A stretch of 64,000 bases of DNA, taken from positions 744,001-808,000 of the forward strand of contig CM030333.1 in assembly GCA_017654855.1 (NCBI GenBank), given 5' to 3'. A program made the position numbers and the translations under genes. Below, piece after piece: positions 38,084 to 50,086 of this stretch (within the stretch, counting starts at the first letter, position 1; each line of letters opens with the position of its first letter). This stretch comes from Podospora anserina. Its lineage: Eukaryota. A model generated the notes under the pieces. The model saw nothing but the letters and a program-made list of their open reading frames with translations, had not been told where the DNA came from and did no database searches.

Positions 38084-39091
38084 TTAGAAAGTACAGCTTG
38101 AGTGAGAACCATAAGAGAAGACATACCAAGGCTGGAGAAACGGAAACGGAACGGGTTTGGGACACCATCGACATGTCGGGACCTCTTTCACAGTCTTCTC
38201 CTCCCCCTTTCCCCCAACAGCCGCCAAAACAGCCGTCTTTGAACCCCTCAACTCCTGAAGCTGAACCTCCCTCTCCCGACCAACCACATCCTTCACCCTC
38301 ACAGCCATGTCCTCAATAAAATCGCCAGACCTGTCATGAATGTACTTCTGCATCGCACCCATATCCTCATCCAACCGCTCCTCCACCTCCTTCTGGTGCT
38401 TTTCCATCCTCATGGAAAAGTCGTCTCTCAAAGTCTGCAAGTCACCGTTGTGCATCCGCCTGATGTCAGCAACACTCCTGTTCAACAGATGAAACCTCTC
38501 GTTGATATCATCGAATCTATCCATCATACGGTCAAATTCATCAAGCGTGAGCTCGCCCTGAGATCGAGCCTCCATGTCAGCAAGCCGGTTGGTGATCTCG
38601 TCGAGCTTGGCCATGATTTGGGTGTTGGTTATAGTTTCTGTTGCTGGGGAGGGTTGGGGAAACAGGAGCTTGGTGAGGTCGTGAAGGCGGTTGGCTTGTG
38701 TTTGTGGGCCATCATTGATGGTTGTCTCCTGACCTACCCAGAGGCCGCGGAGGGTGTTGGCCAAGTCGGCGGCAGCGTCGTTGATGTGATCGAGGGGGTT
38801 GGTCTCGGTGGTGCTGTCTCTCATGTCGAGCAAGAAGCTGCCAAGAGCATTGATCTTGTCGCCGAGGAGGTCCAGGAGCTTATACTCAGAGGCGGCGAGC
38901 TGGTTGTCCGGGTTGTTCGAGGCTTGATTCGCATCGGTAACAGAAGCCTGAACAACAGGGCGAGGCAGCTGGGCCTCATTGTGGGGAGCATCATGCATCG
39001 TGGCAGTATGTTTCGGGGTCTTGACTGTTGCTGAAGTAGACTGAGTAGTCTCGTCCTTACGAGCACACTTAGTATAGTGACCACGGCCCAT
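38084..39091 (-). CDS. Hypothetical coiled-coil protein (~335 aa)
   Basis: Long ORF from ATG 39091 with helical, heptad-like composition. No recognisable family motif. Confidence 0.6.
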   Translation of the reverse strand: MGRGHYTKCARKDETTQSTSATVKTPKHTATMHDAPHNEAQLPRPVVQASVTDANQASNNPDNQLAASEYKLLDLLGDKINALGSFLLDMRDSTTETNPLDHINDAAADLANTLRGLWVGQETTINDGPQTQANRLHDLTKLLFPQPSPATETITNTQIMAKLDEITNRLADMEARSQGELTLDEFDRMMDRFDDINERFHLLNRSVADIRRMHNGDLQTLRDDFSMRMEKHQKEVEERLDEDMGAMQKYIHDRSGDFIEDMAVRVKDVVGREREVQLQELRGSKTAVLAAVGGKGEEKTVKEVPTCRWCPKPVPFPFLQPWYVFSYGSHSSCTF

Positions 39092-40569
39092 GATAGCTGG
39101 GAGTATTTCAAGTGTCGGACGTAGTGATGGAAAAGAGAAGAGGAGTGATGAAAGAGGGAAGAGTAGTGATGAAAAAAGGCAGAGTGGGAAGCAGAAAAGG
39201 GCACGATGGAGAAGAGTTTTATACCCGAGTCTTGAAACTGAACAACAAGTTAAACCTAAATCGTTTTTAACTTTCCAACACTCGAAAAAATTCCAGTCAC
39301 ACAACCCAGTTCCACAAACCCGTCATCAACGCCATTAAAGTGAAAAAAGAAACCTTGATGAAATCAACCCCTGCCGTGGTGTTTATGGTCTCCGCCTGCT
39401 GAGTAGGTTTCCCGTAAGTGTCCTCTTGCGCGTGTTTCGTTGTGCCAGCCCCATTCAATTCTTGCACTGTCTCTTCATATTCTAGTGCTAGTAATGTATA
39501 ATGTGGTTCATGCCGGTATGCACCCTGCTCCCATAAGAGAACGAGCTACTCATCAATACAGGCCATCCTTTTATGGCATACCTCATCCTCATTGAACTCA
39601 TCATCCCCAGGGCTCATCACATACCCTTTCTCCCCCCGCACTTCTCTTGATTCACCTGGTCGATTCATGCCTGAACACATCTCAAGGCCTGCTCCGACTG
39701 TTGTTGGTAATCCTGAGATTCCTCATCCATGCTATCGCAGGTTTGCTGCAGTCGGGATATGTTGTTCCACGTGGATCGACTTTGAGAGGGATTCTGGCTC
39801 AGGTTTAGGTTGGTCATGGCGTTCCGTTTGCTATTTTATATATATATTATATCGTGACGGTTGTGGCTGCGTGTTGTGTTCGCAGTTTGGCAAGCCTCAT
39901 GATATGGAGCTTGTGGTGTTGAGCGAGATGGGGGAACAAGAGCGGGATGGCGAGCTGTGACTCGTAATCTTGTCGTTTTGGACACTTGGCACTCACAAGC
40001 CGCCAGCCATAAGCAGGTAGTTGTCAGACTTATCATGTGCTAATAACAAGCTGGAAGTCACACTGGACTTGAAAACCTTCGCATGGAAAGCCACTGACGA
40101 TAAGGAAAAGTCTATTGACCAATCTCTCCACTCCTGCCCCATTTACGTCTGGGAGCAGCAAGCAGGTGCCATTGCTTGCCCTTTCCAATCTGTTCATATA
40201 ATTGAAATGTCATCTTTTCATAGAGGCACAGAGCAGCCCAGAGTGTGAGGACGGTGGCGATTTCGAGGAGGGCCATTGGCTTTTGTGGCCTTGCGTTCTG
40301 TTGTCAAAGTTTGTTGGGTCGAGATTGATTGCTACTCGAGGATGATACACGACAAGAACGAAGAGACGATATGTTTGAAGATAAAGCGAACTATTTCTCC
40401 CAAGTTTATATACACCTCTGTCCAAGGGCGCCTGAGAAGCTTTCCATCACCCATCTAACTGTACATCTCGATTTGTCTACCAATATAATGTATGTATAAA
40501 AGCCAAATATTTCCCCAACGCCACGCAATGCTCAGTTGTCAAAAACCAAAAACCAAAATTGTGTCTGCA

Positions 40570-41910
40570 TCATCCAACCAACAGCCAAACACCCCATCCA
40601 AGCACCAGGCCGAGGCCCAACCCCCTCTCTACTCCCTGAACTCGCCTGAACCCAGCACTGGTGCTCCCACAGCAAGGTCTCTTGACAAAGGTCACGTTGT
40701 TCATCCTTGCTGCTACCTCGAAGACACTCCCTGGGTAGTCACCGTAGTTGTAATAATCCACATTCAGGACGTTTGGTGGCCGGGTCCACTGATCCCGGCA
40801 GTTCGCCGCTGCCATGCCCAAACTGCCTTTCCCTGACGCTGCGTTGGTGGTATTCAACGCACTAACCGCCGGCACCAAGATTGACTGCCCCAGCAACGAC
40901 ACCTCGGCGTTGAGGTTGTGATTCATGAGATACAATCTGTTCTTGGCCTGATCCTCTGGCAGATCTGGTGGGCGCTGAACGGTACATGGGAAGGTATCGT
41001 CAAGTGGATCGAAGGGCGTTTCCCACATGGCCGAGAACTCGTCTTGTAGCCAGGGATAGGCAGTGGCGTTGGCATTGTAATCCAGGAACATGACCACCCT
41101 CTGCCCCGTCAAAATCATCTGGGCCAGCGTTGGCCAGTCCTCCAGCGCCATTGGAATGACCGGAGGTGTGTAGATGTATTGTAGAATTCCGCTACGCTCG
41201 ATCCAGGGGACGTATAAGTCTGGGTTCGAGTAGTTGCCATTTCCTAACAGGATGGTGACGACATCGTAAGGATGGGCAGACACCCATTCTCGAACCTTGC
41301 CTAACCAGTCCGTGATAGGGCCAGCGTCGAACAGATCGCAGGAGGTATGGCAGAAGTGTGGCTGGGTGCCGTTGACTGGGAACTGAATCTGCCCCTGGAG
41401 GAACCTAATTCCATCGTTGAGCTGATCGGTGACATTATACTGCTGGTTGGCAGCGGCCGAGCCGGCACGAACGAAGGGCGAGTTGTGGCACCCTACTTCG
41501 GTGATGTTGCTGTATTTGCGCTCGCATAGCTCGGGGTAATTGTTGCACGGCCGAGTGTTCGTCGGTCGTGGTGGGGTGGATACTGTCGAGGATGCAGTGC
41601 CGTTCGTGGAGGTGGTAGCAACAGAAGACGTGACCGAGCCTGTAAGGGTGGTTACAAGATCTGTCTCGGTATAGTTTGCTGTCAGAACCCCCAACGAAGT
41701 AGGAAGAGAGGTCGTCGCAAGCGTGATCTTGGAGGAGAAGGTTTGGTAGGTTCCGGTGGGCGTAGCACCGTTGAGCGGGATAGTGCCGCTTTTTGTACCA
41801 GTCAGGTAGGTAATGGCCTCTTCGGTGTTCTGTTCGATGCTCTGGCCGGTGACGAGGCTAATGCTGAGGGACGTTGCCCAAAGCAGACGGGTGAAGCGTT
41901 TCAACGCCAT
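40570..41910 (-). CDS. Secreted PI-PLC-X/PLC-like phosphodiesterase, probably GPI-anchored, 446 aa
   Basis: Signal peptide, Thr-rich linker, CNNYPELC..YSNIT..HNSPF..QLNDGIRFLQ..CHTSC, PNVLNVDYY, and a hydrophobic C-terminus. Confidence 0.85.
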   Translation of the reverse strand: MALKRFTRLLWATSLSISLVTGQSIEQNTEEAITYLTGTKSGTIPLNGATPTGTYQTFSSKITLATTSLPTSLGVLTANYTETDLVTTLTGSVTSSVATTSTNGTASSTVSTPPRPTNTRPCNNYPELCERKYSNITEVGCHNSPFVRAGSAAANQQYNVTDQLNDGIRFLQGQIQFPVNGTQPHFCHTSCDLFDAGPITDWLGKVREWVSAHPYDVVTILLGNGNYSNPDLYVPWIERSGILQYIYTPPVIPMALEDWPTLAQMILTGQRVVMFLDYNANATAYPWLQDEFSAMWETPFDPLDDTFPCTVQRPPDLPEDQAKNRLYLMNHNLNAEVSLLGQSILVPAVSALNTTNAASGKGSLGMAAANCRDQWTRPPNVLNVDYYNYGDYPGSVFEVAARMNNVTFVKRPCCGSTSAGFRRVQGVERGLGLGLVLGWGVWLLVG

Positions 41911-43025
41911 TATCGTTGTGTTTCCTGAACCCTAAAAAAAGTGCAAAGGGATACAGAGAGGAAGCTTTAAAACCCAAAACACGACGTCCTGCTCCTTGCC
42001 GTGGATCCCGATCTCGAAAGCAAGCAGCCTTAAAACAGGGATGCTGGCACCGCCGCAGCGCTGTGGGGAGCCAAGTCAGAGCCGAGAGCTTGGAGACCCT
42101 TGCAATCGCCAGTGATTATCGAGCGTCGGTCCATGCAACGAAACAACACGAGCTGTTCATTTGTCGACTGTTGGCCGCGCGCGGTTACCTCGATTTTTGT
42201 TTCAACTTGAAAGAGATGCCATCTGATATGTCGGCTGTCCATCGTGTCCTGTTCACTCTCTGCCAGCGTCTTTCTTGCCAATGACAGCTCTCAAGCGCGA
42301 TGACGTCGCCAAAGCTAGCGGCTCTCGGCAACGGTTCAGTGTTTCTGCCAAGGCTGATCGACAGGCTGGTCTGGAACGTCAGATTCTGATTGACTGCCGC
42401 TCTTCTTTGCTCTTAGAAATCAAGACTTCTTCTGGCTTGTCCTCTGAGCTAGAGACGTGGTATGACGACCTTTACACTCTGCACGTTGCTATCGCTGATT
42501 GACCGACAGTTTGACTGCAGCAGTCAGTTTGGGCTGACAGCTCACCGCTGGGATTATATGTATATCAAATCCAGGGGCCGGCATCCAATTGACGCCGGGA
42601 TGGAGCAGGAGCATCAAGCTCCACCCGCCGGACTGGACCCCCGACGCGCGTAACTGCACCGCCCTCCCTCCACTAAATGCTCCTTGGCATCCCATCCACA
42701 AACGACATCATTGTTTTTGCTTTAATCATCTTTTTTCTTGTCTGGCGATCTTTAATTCTCTTGGTGTAGCTCGCCATCTGTTTTTTTTCTAGTCATAAGC
42801 TCGCCCGCTGCATCTCTCGTGGAAACCTGTCGAAGTATCGTGGAGCCGGGCATCCCGAGAACCAAGAACCCAAGAACCTTGATGACTGCATATCCTCTGG
42901 GCTGAGTTTTGTGTTCTTATCTCACCCACTGCAGCCGCATTTCTCGCTCGCGCCGCTCTTACAACCGGACTTGCTTCCGGCTCACATCTCACCTTTCCGG
43001 TCAGTGTTTGTCAACGACAGCAACA

Positions 43026-44090
43026 ATGGGCCTCCCGTCAATTCTTAGGCCTCGAAAGAGGAACACAACCACGCCCACCAGCGAGAAACATGCATCCACT
43101 GGGCCTTCAACGCCGACATCCAGGCCAGATTATCAGACTGGAAATGATACAATTCCACAAGACACACTTCGACGGGTGACCAAAACCCGCCGCGTTTTTG
43201 CTTTGACGGCCTCTATCTCATATCTCATCTCATGGGTGTTTTTGGTGCTGGTATGTTATTGTTGGAGAAATCTTCGCTCTTTGATTACCTTACTGACATG
43301 GCTGCAGGTCTTGATCGGCAACACATATCCCAAAGCCGTGCTGTCCGATATCTACTTCTTCAGGCTAGACCTCTCAGACATCATCCCTCTGAGCGTTCCC
43401 AATGCCAGACTGATCAACTCCATCGCCCAATCCATTGGTCTGCACGACTTCTACCAAGTTGGGCTGTGGAACTTCTGTGAAGGCTTCATCAATGAGTAAG
43501 TTCTTTTACTAAAAGATACCAGTGTGTCTTCATGCTAACCCTATCACAGAGGCATCACTTACTGTTCCAAACCCGAAACCCTCTACTGGTTCAACCCCGT
43601 CGAGATCCTCATGTCCGAACTGTTGGCAGGAGCCACGATTGCCCTCCCCACCGAAATCATTACCATTCTCTCCATCCTGCAAATCACCAGTCAGATCATG
43701 TTCGGCTTCTTCCTCACCTCTGCCATCCTGACATTCCTTTACATCTTCCTCTCGCCGATCGCCACAAAATCCAAGTGGTACAGCTTACCACTGTCCATCG
43801 GCGCGTTTATCAACATGATGCTGGTAGTGGCGGCAAGCATAGTAGGCACCGTCATCAGCCTGGTGTTTAAGTACGCGGCTGAAGCGCAGAAGGAGCTCAA
43901 CATCAAGTCCTATGTGGGCACAAAGATGTTTGTGTTCATGTGGTTGGCCGCTGGGTTCGGTATCATTGGGTTTGCGGTGCACAGTGGTATGGGTTGCTGC
44001 TGTGTGAGCAGGAGGGATGTCACTACTGGGAGGAGGACGCTGATGCCTGATGGGCAGGGGGTGCAGAGGAAGTCTGTGGTGATGAGGTGA
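43026..44090 (+). CDS. SUR7/PalI family tetraspan membrane protein
   Basis: GLHDFYQVGLWNFCEG..CSKP signature and four hydrophobic segments. Introns 43251-43307 and 43496-43549. Confidence 0.85.
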
Positions 44091-45991
44091 ATGACTTAAA
44101 GCGAGCGAGTACCAGCGGGTAATTAAGAGCGGAGATGATACCACATTGCATAGTTAGATTTTTTTCATCGGCATTTAAATAGGAAGGAGTTTGGGGGGTA
44201 TATAAGATATTATAGGCGCCTACTTCTGGCATACACTACCACCAATCACAGCAATCCATTTCTTCATTATTTTACCTGATTTATATAATATATCTCGATC
44301 ATTCACTCAGTATTATTAGTACCCTCGTAATATTTACCGCCAGTCTACTCGCCATCTATCACACTCACTGACTCATATTTCCCCTATTATCTTGTTCTAT
44401 CTTTTAAGGACAGTGGATAGACGTTTACTTTTGATGAGGAAGTATTCATATGTCCAACTCACGTCCTGGCCGAAGTATATCTAATTTAAAACATCAGTCT
44501 TGGTCGATACCCTACCTAGCGGCTCTTTTCAAGTGTATCTCCATTTATTTGCTTATAATCTCTTTGTCGAAGGTTCAACATTGTACGTGCCCTTGGTTGA
44601 TGATATCTAGACAGAATCCGATGTTAAACAGACACACCCCAGACTATATCTCGACACTTTTACTATCAGAGATCTTATGTCTGTACTATAGTACTAACCT
44701 TCCCCTTAAACTAGAAACTCACCACTTCAATATCTCACCACACCAACCAACACAACGCCTCCATCTCTCCCCACCGCTCGAAACCCCTTCATCCACTCAG
44801 CTCTCCACCACCTTCACCACCGCTCGAAACCTTCTGCATCGACTCAACCCCCCACCACCCTCACCGCATCTTAGACCGCCATACCTCTCAAGCATCCAAC
44901 CGCTCCCACAGAATCCTCCCAGTTTTCGAGAGCAAACCCTTCCAACCTCGTCCTCGACCCATCTTGCATCACCAAGGTCCATGCTGCTGCCCCAACCAAC
45001 GTTGCAACAACCAACTACTCGGTGCGGTGCCATACGAGATGCGCTTGAAGCAGCTCTCGCTCGGTGTCTCCCGCCGTGAAAAGCCCACGATCTGCGAGCT
45101 CCCCAGGCGTGCGCTCGCGCAGGAGCAACCGCACTGGTAGGTAGGCTAGTTCGGTTGCCTGGGGGTGAGGTAAGGTGTCACAGACATGGACAGGCTCCGC
45201 TTGTCCAAGAGGACTCTGCGATGGGCTTCGGAGGGCGTGGCTGTTGTGGAGTACAGCCTGCAAATCCACCGACAAGTCGGCAGCATTCTGAATGAGAACA
45301 AACACGACATTGCCAACATCTACGACGCCATTCGGGGCCTCGCTTCTGGTCGCCAGTACAAAATGATCAAGTACGTCGACTTAGGTTATAGACCCGGAGG
45401 ATTTGAGCAGAATGAAACCGATTCTTATATAAATGGACTCTATCTTGGTGAAAACGCAATGTGACGAAATATTAATGATGTTTGGACCATGATAATCATC
45501 AGACTGTGTTACGCAGCTTGAACCCCGGGTTTATAGTATAGAGCAAATGACCCAGTGCCAAAACGTCGAAGGATATAGCTAAGTAAGGTACGTATTATGA
45601 ACCTTCTTGGCCACTTCAGTAAGATGCCTGCCCTAGGTAGGAAAACTATAGACGTTGAGGTCCGACCAAACAATTGGTAAGGTACTATCAACAATAGAAA
45701 ATTGTACCCACATCATTCTGCATAATGAATTTCCTAATCGGGCGATCAACACCAAATCTACCTGTTGCGAGCTTGTGAATCCCTTCATTCTCGATGTCGA
45801 GGCTACTGATTGGAGTTGCTGCCTAATTGCCCCACTGTTTCATGACTCACTTCTCACATCATCGCTCTTCATGTCTCCAACATTGACCGCTTTATCGAAC
45901 TCGAACATCACAACTCACTCAGCGTCAAATTTACCTTCCTCACCTCATCACCTTTTCACCACCTCGCATCAAAAAAATCAGAACCGCTAAA

Positions 45992-46760
45992 ATGGAAGCC
46001 CTCCTCACCGACCCCCTCATCATCTCCGTAACCTCCTACGTAAAAGACTACATGAGAAACTACGACGCCTCCCACGACTTTGACCGTACGCCATACCTAT
46101 CCCACCCCAATTCCAAATCCCATGCTAACATCCATCACCAGACATCCAACGCGTCCTCTCCCTCTCCCACCACATCTACGCCCACACCCCCCCTCAACAA
46201 CAATCCCTAGACCTAAAAGCAATCCACCTCTCCGCCCTCCTCCACGACGTCGGCGACCGCAAGTCCGTTTCCCCTCCCCTCTTCCTCCCCCAGTGTCTAA
46301 CTTCAGCAGATACCTCCTCCCAAACCAAGACCCAGCAACCCTCATATCAACAACCCTCCTCTCCCTCTCCTGCCCCTCCTCCCTCGCCCAAAAAGTCCAA
46401 GAAATCTGCCTCGCAGTCTCCTACTCCACCGAAGTCAAAAACCCCTCCCATGTGCAGTCCATCCTCGCCAAACACCCCGAGTTGGGGGTCGTGCAAGACG
46501 CCGACCGGCTCGACGCCATCGGAGCGGTGGGGATAGCACGGATGTTCACCTTTGGCGGGGCCAAAGGCTCCCGCTCGCTGCAGGCGAGCGTGGATCATAT
46601 TGATGAGAAGTTGGTCAAGTTGGAGGGGATGATGAAGACTGCTGAGGGGAGGAGGCTGGCGGGGGAGAGGACGGAGAGGTTGAGACGGTTTCGGGGGGAG
46701 TGGGAGGAGGAGGTGGGGTTTGTGGAAAAGTTGGGGTTGAGTAAGGGGGAGGAGGAGTAG
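45992..46760 (+). CDS. HD-domain metal-dependent phosphohydrolase
   Basis: SHDFDHIQRV, ALLHDVGDRKY and VVQDADRLDAIGAVGIAR. Introns 46086-46141 and 46263-46309. Confidence 0.9.
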
Positions 46761-47206
46761 GTAAATACCTAGGTAAGGTATGTGTTGTGGAACGTAGGGG
46801 TTTAAAGGTTGGATGGGAGTATTCAAGTTGGTAGAAAGGCTGGAACCACACACACACACCAAAATCTGAGTGTTTCCCATGTGCGCAGGTCATGGCTGTT
46901 TACGTTCGAGATTTTAATGTCCCCTATCCCAAATCTTTCTTCTTTTTAGGATTTTGTTTATGATGTACGAGAAATAAAAATGGATTATATATTCTAGAAA
47001 GCGTGAAACACCATCTTGACGACCCAGCCTGCAAAGGAGCTTGACTTCTGAACATAAAGGTCTGCCATTATATCTGTTAAAAGACGAGAACAAAAGATTA
47101 AAGCAGCCGAGATCATAACGGGACAGTATGATATAAAATATGAGATGCTATATTGGTGGTGGAATTGATAAAAATAAAAATAAAAAGCTGGAAAGACAAA
47201 CGCTGT

Positions 47207-47280
47207 GTGACGGGCCGGGAGTCGAAACTCGGTTTTCGCTCAAACCCGGGAATGTAATAACCGCTGTACTACCTCGCCAC
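47207..47280 (-). ncRNA. tRNA-like (His-like D arm) Pol III unit or tRNA pseudogene
   Basis: Minus strand GTGGCGAGGTAGTACAGCGGTTATTAC...GTTTCGACTCCCGGCCCGTCAC has an A box, a B-box-like motif, pairing ends and downstream T-runs. It has no proper anticodon stem. Confidence 0.55.
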
Positions 47281-47622
47281 GGAATTGCTTTCGAGAATTC
47301 AGGATTAAGTACCGGGCCTGCGTTGAGTTTCAGCCGGTGGGCTCTGGTGACGAGGTGACGTTGTCTTGACCCAGCTTGGCTGAAGTTTAAAAACACCTTG
47401 GAAAAATAGGGTGGTGGTTGACGACAGCATCAGTGAAATGGACTTGGAAGATCAATGGTTCTTTTGTCACTGCGTAATTGCTGAAACTTCTCAAGGCTGG
47501 CTCATTATCAATCATCCATCATCAAACATTACACTCAAACCCCAACCCCATCACAACAACCTTAACGAAGTAAACAAGAATCCCTCAAAAATTAAATATT
47601 ACCCACTCCCCATCCAACAACC

Positions 47623-48072
47623 TTAAAGCAAAAAAGCAGCAACAACACCCAAAACAACCATAGCTCCCGCTGCCTGCTTCCCAGCCGCTCCAGCAGTAAC
47701 AGCAGGTGTCTCGGTAGGCACGTAAACAGGATAGGTCTTGGACCCAATAATCGTCACAGTATCCGTGTGATGAGGCTTGGTATGCGGAGTGTAGACTGAC
47801 TGAACAGACTGAACAGAAACGACCGTCTTGTGGTGATGTTTGGTATGATACTCCGTCTCGGTCTCGGTGTAGACGGATGGCTTGACATAAATCTTGGTCT
47901 TGTATTCGGTCTCAGTCTTGGTGGGCCTGTTCCAGATGTGAGTGGTGGTCGTCTCGGTGTAGGGCGGGGTGTAAGTAGGCTTGATACGGGTGGTGGTGGT
48001 TTCTGGCTCTGGGCGGCCGGCGGCAACGAGGGAGGAGGCCATGAAGGCGCCGAGGAGAGAGAAGAGCTTCAT
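47623..48072 (-). CDS. Small secreted Thr/His-rich cell-wall protein, probably GPI-anchored (149 aa)
   Basis: Signal peptide MKLFSLLGAFMASSLVAA, TETET repeats and a hydrophobic C-terminal AGAMVVLGVVAAFLL. Confidence 0.8.
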   Translation of the reverse strand: MKLFSLLGAFMASSLVAAGRPEPETTTTRIKPTYTPPYTETTTTHIWNRPTKTETEYKTKIYVKPSVYTETETEYHTKHHHKTVVSVQSVQSVYTPHTKPHHTDTVTIIGSKTYPVYVPTETPAVTAGAAGKQAAGAMVVLGVVAAFLL

Positions 48073-50086
48073 CTTGGTGATGATATTAGAGTGGTAGATG
48101 GTCTGAGTGAAATTGAGAGTTTGACTGGTGTCAACAAACGAATGAAGTGATCAAATGACGGGCACTCGTGATGATGCAGGAGGAATCCCAGAATTCGGTT
48201 ACCTTGAGGGGCAGGATTGGGTTATAAACAACCGCCGGGCGATGTCATGGCCGAATGCATCATCGAGAGAGGATGGCAGTAAACAAAGGAGAACGTCCAA
48301 GCTTGGTGGTGATGTGTACCCGGAAGCGTTAGCAAATCCCATGTTGACGAGGCTGAGCTGGAAGAACAAAGAAACCTGTGTTTACACAGAAATGATGCAG
48401 CTCCATATTGACACCGGGGTAGGCCTCGGTTGCGCCATCCTTCACTTGAACAACTGGATGATGTGTTTGCCCCTACCTACCTATGTAAAAGGTCAGAGGC
48501 AACCCAAGACAAGCCGGCGTGGTGTTCCTCGGCTATGAGAGTCAGCGTGGGCGGAATGTTTCTCGTGGCTTCGCGGGTCCTGCTACATACATTCCTGAGT
48601 TCACCAGGTAAGTGCATCGATGCGGTCAAAATGCGCCGAATCCGTCACGGACAAAATTCCAGAATGAAAGTTGAAGCCTGTAAACTCAGTTAGTCGTGTA
48701 ATTATGATCTGACCGGAAACGGCTGCAGTTAACTGTACCAGCCTGAAGTCCATTTCCGGACGTTGTGCAGAAACGTAGAGAAGAGTGAGAGTCAGGAGAG
48801 TGTCGTAGGTAGGCCACCATGGTAGCTGCTACCATGTCCCGTATTTACACCCCCCAAAGGGCGGACATTCTGGTTGGTCTTTTAATACAAACGATACTAT
48901 TGCAATGTAAGAGAAAATGAGGGCGGCACACGAGGTCGCTCATGATCAAATACCAAAGAGGCATTCAAGCTACCCCCACCTCGAACTTTCAGGCAGCGGG
49001 AAATACTAATCTCGAGTTACCTTTGCTCCTTCCCTGAAAGTCACGTCCTTAAAGCAGGCGTCCTCTATCATGCTCTGCCTACTGTGATCTGTCAATTCTC
49101 TCGACGTCACAAGTGGCCCAAGCTTCATCGGGTAGTCCCGACATTCCATCCACGCTGCTGGATGCAGCAGTGTCATACAATATTCTTGTTGCTCTTTGTT
49201 TGGTCAAAAATAGACGGGATTCCATCAGCTGAGCGCATTGTCATCAACAATGCTTAGTTTTCAGCAAGCCTTAACTTATACCAACCCTAACCCGAGCACC
49301 AGCTACAGCAGTTTTCCATCATCAATGTTTCACTCATTGGAGCGAAGCTCTAAGTCATAGTAAGGATAGTCTATAGATGGAACTTCGCTCTGCATACTGT
49401 AATTGAAATCGTCAAAGGGCGGTATTTGAGAAGGAGTCTCGTTTCTGCCTTCTATAGGTAACCACATCCAAAGTCTTGTTCTTCTAAGTAGCAACACGAT
49501 ACATATTTATCACGCCGCTATTATAATTAGATGATATATATATGCTGCTGATGGACGTTGAGTATCTATATAACTCCGCCTCCATAGAGCTTTTGCGTGA
49601 GATACTTCTTTGTTGGAGTAGCTCTGAATAGCTATCTATCTATATATATATACATCCTAAGTTATAAATATCTTTTAAAATACTCTTTTAATCTGATCTT
49701 TTTTTACTATAATTCCAAGCTCGTATAGTTATCAGTCCTAGCTTTTTAGATCTTAATAAATACTTAATTCCAGCATTTTTCTGTCTAAATAATCAGCTAA
49801 CTCCAGCTCTCACTATCAAAGCTATATATAACAAAGGCTGAAACTACTTATTGTCTTTAAAATGCTTATATTATAGTGTAAAAACTTGGATCAAGCATTC
49901 AAGAGCGAGATTAACATACATAAATTTTTATACCGGATGTGACGACATATAGCCTAGAGCAGGATACTGGGTTGGAGTTGGGAGGACCAGGGCTGAGGAC
50001 GAGGGCTGAGGACAGGACTGCGGCCAATGGGAGAGCAGGAAAAAATAGCACAGGCCAAGTGGGGCAACAAGCAGGGCAGGGCATAG

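Noticed and set aside
44716-45464. Possible gene fragment (MDRLRLSKRTLRW...)
   Set aside because: No coherent frame or splice model upstream and no recognisable motif. It might be a pseudogene but cannot be supported.
49283-49293. AACCCTAACCC resembling a telomerase RNA template or telomeric repeat
   Set aside because: Fewer than two repeat units, and I could not identify a pseudoknot or other telomerase RNA element nearby. Compatible with chance.
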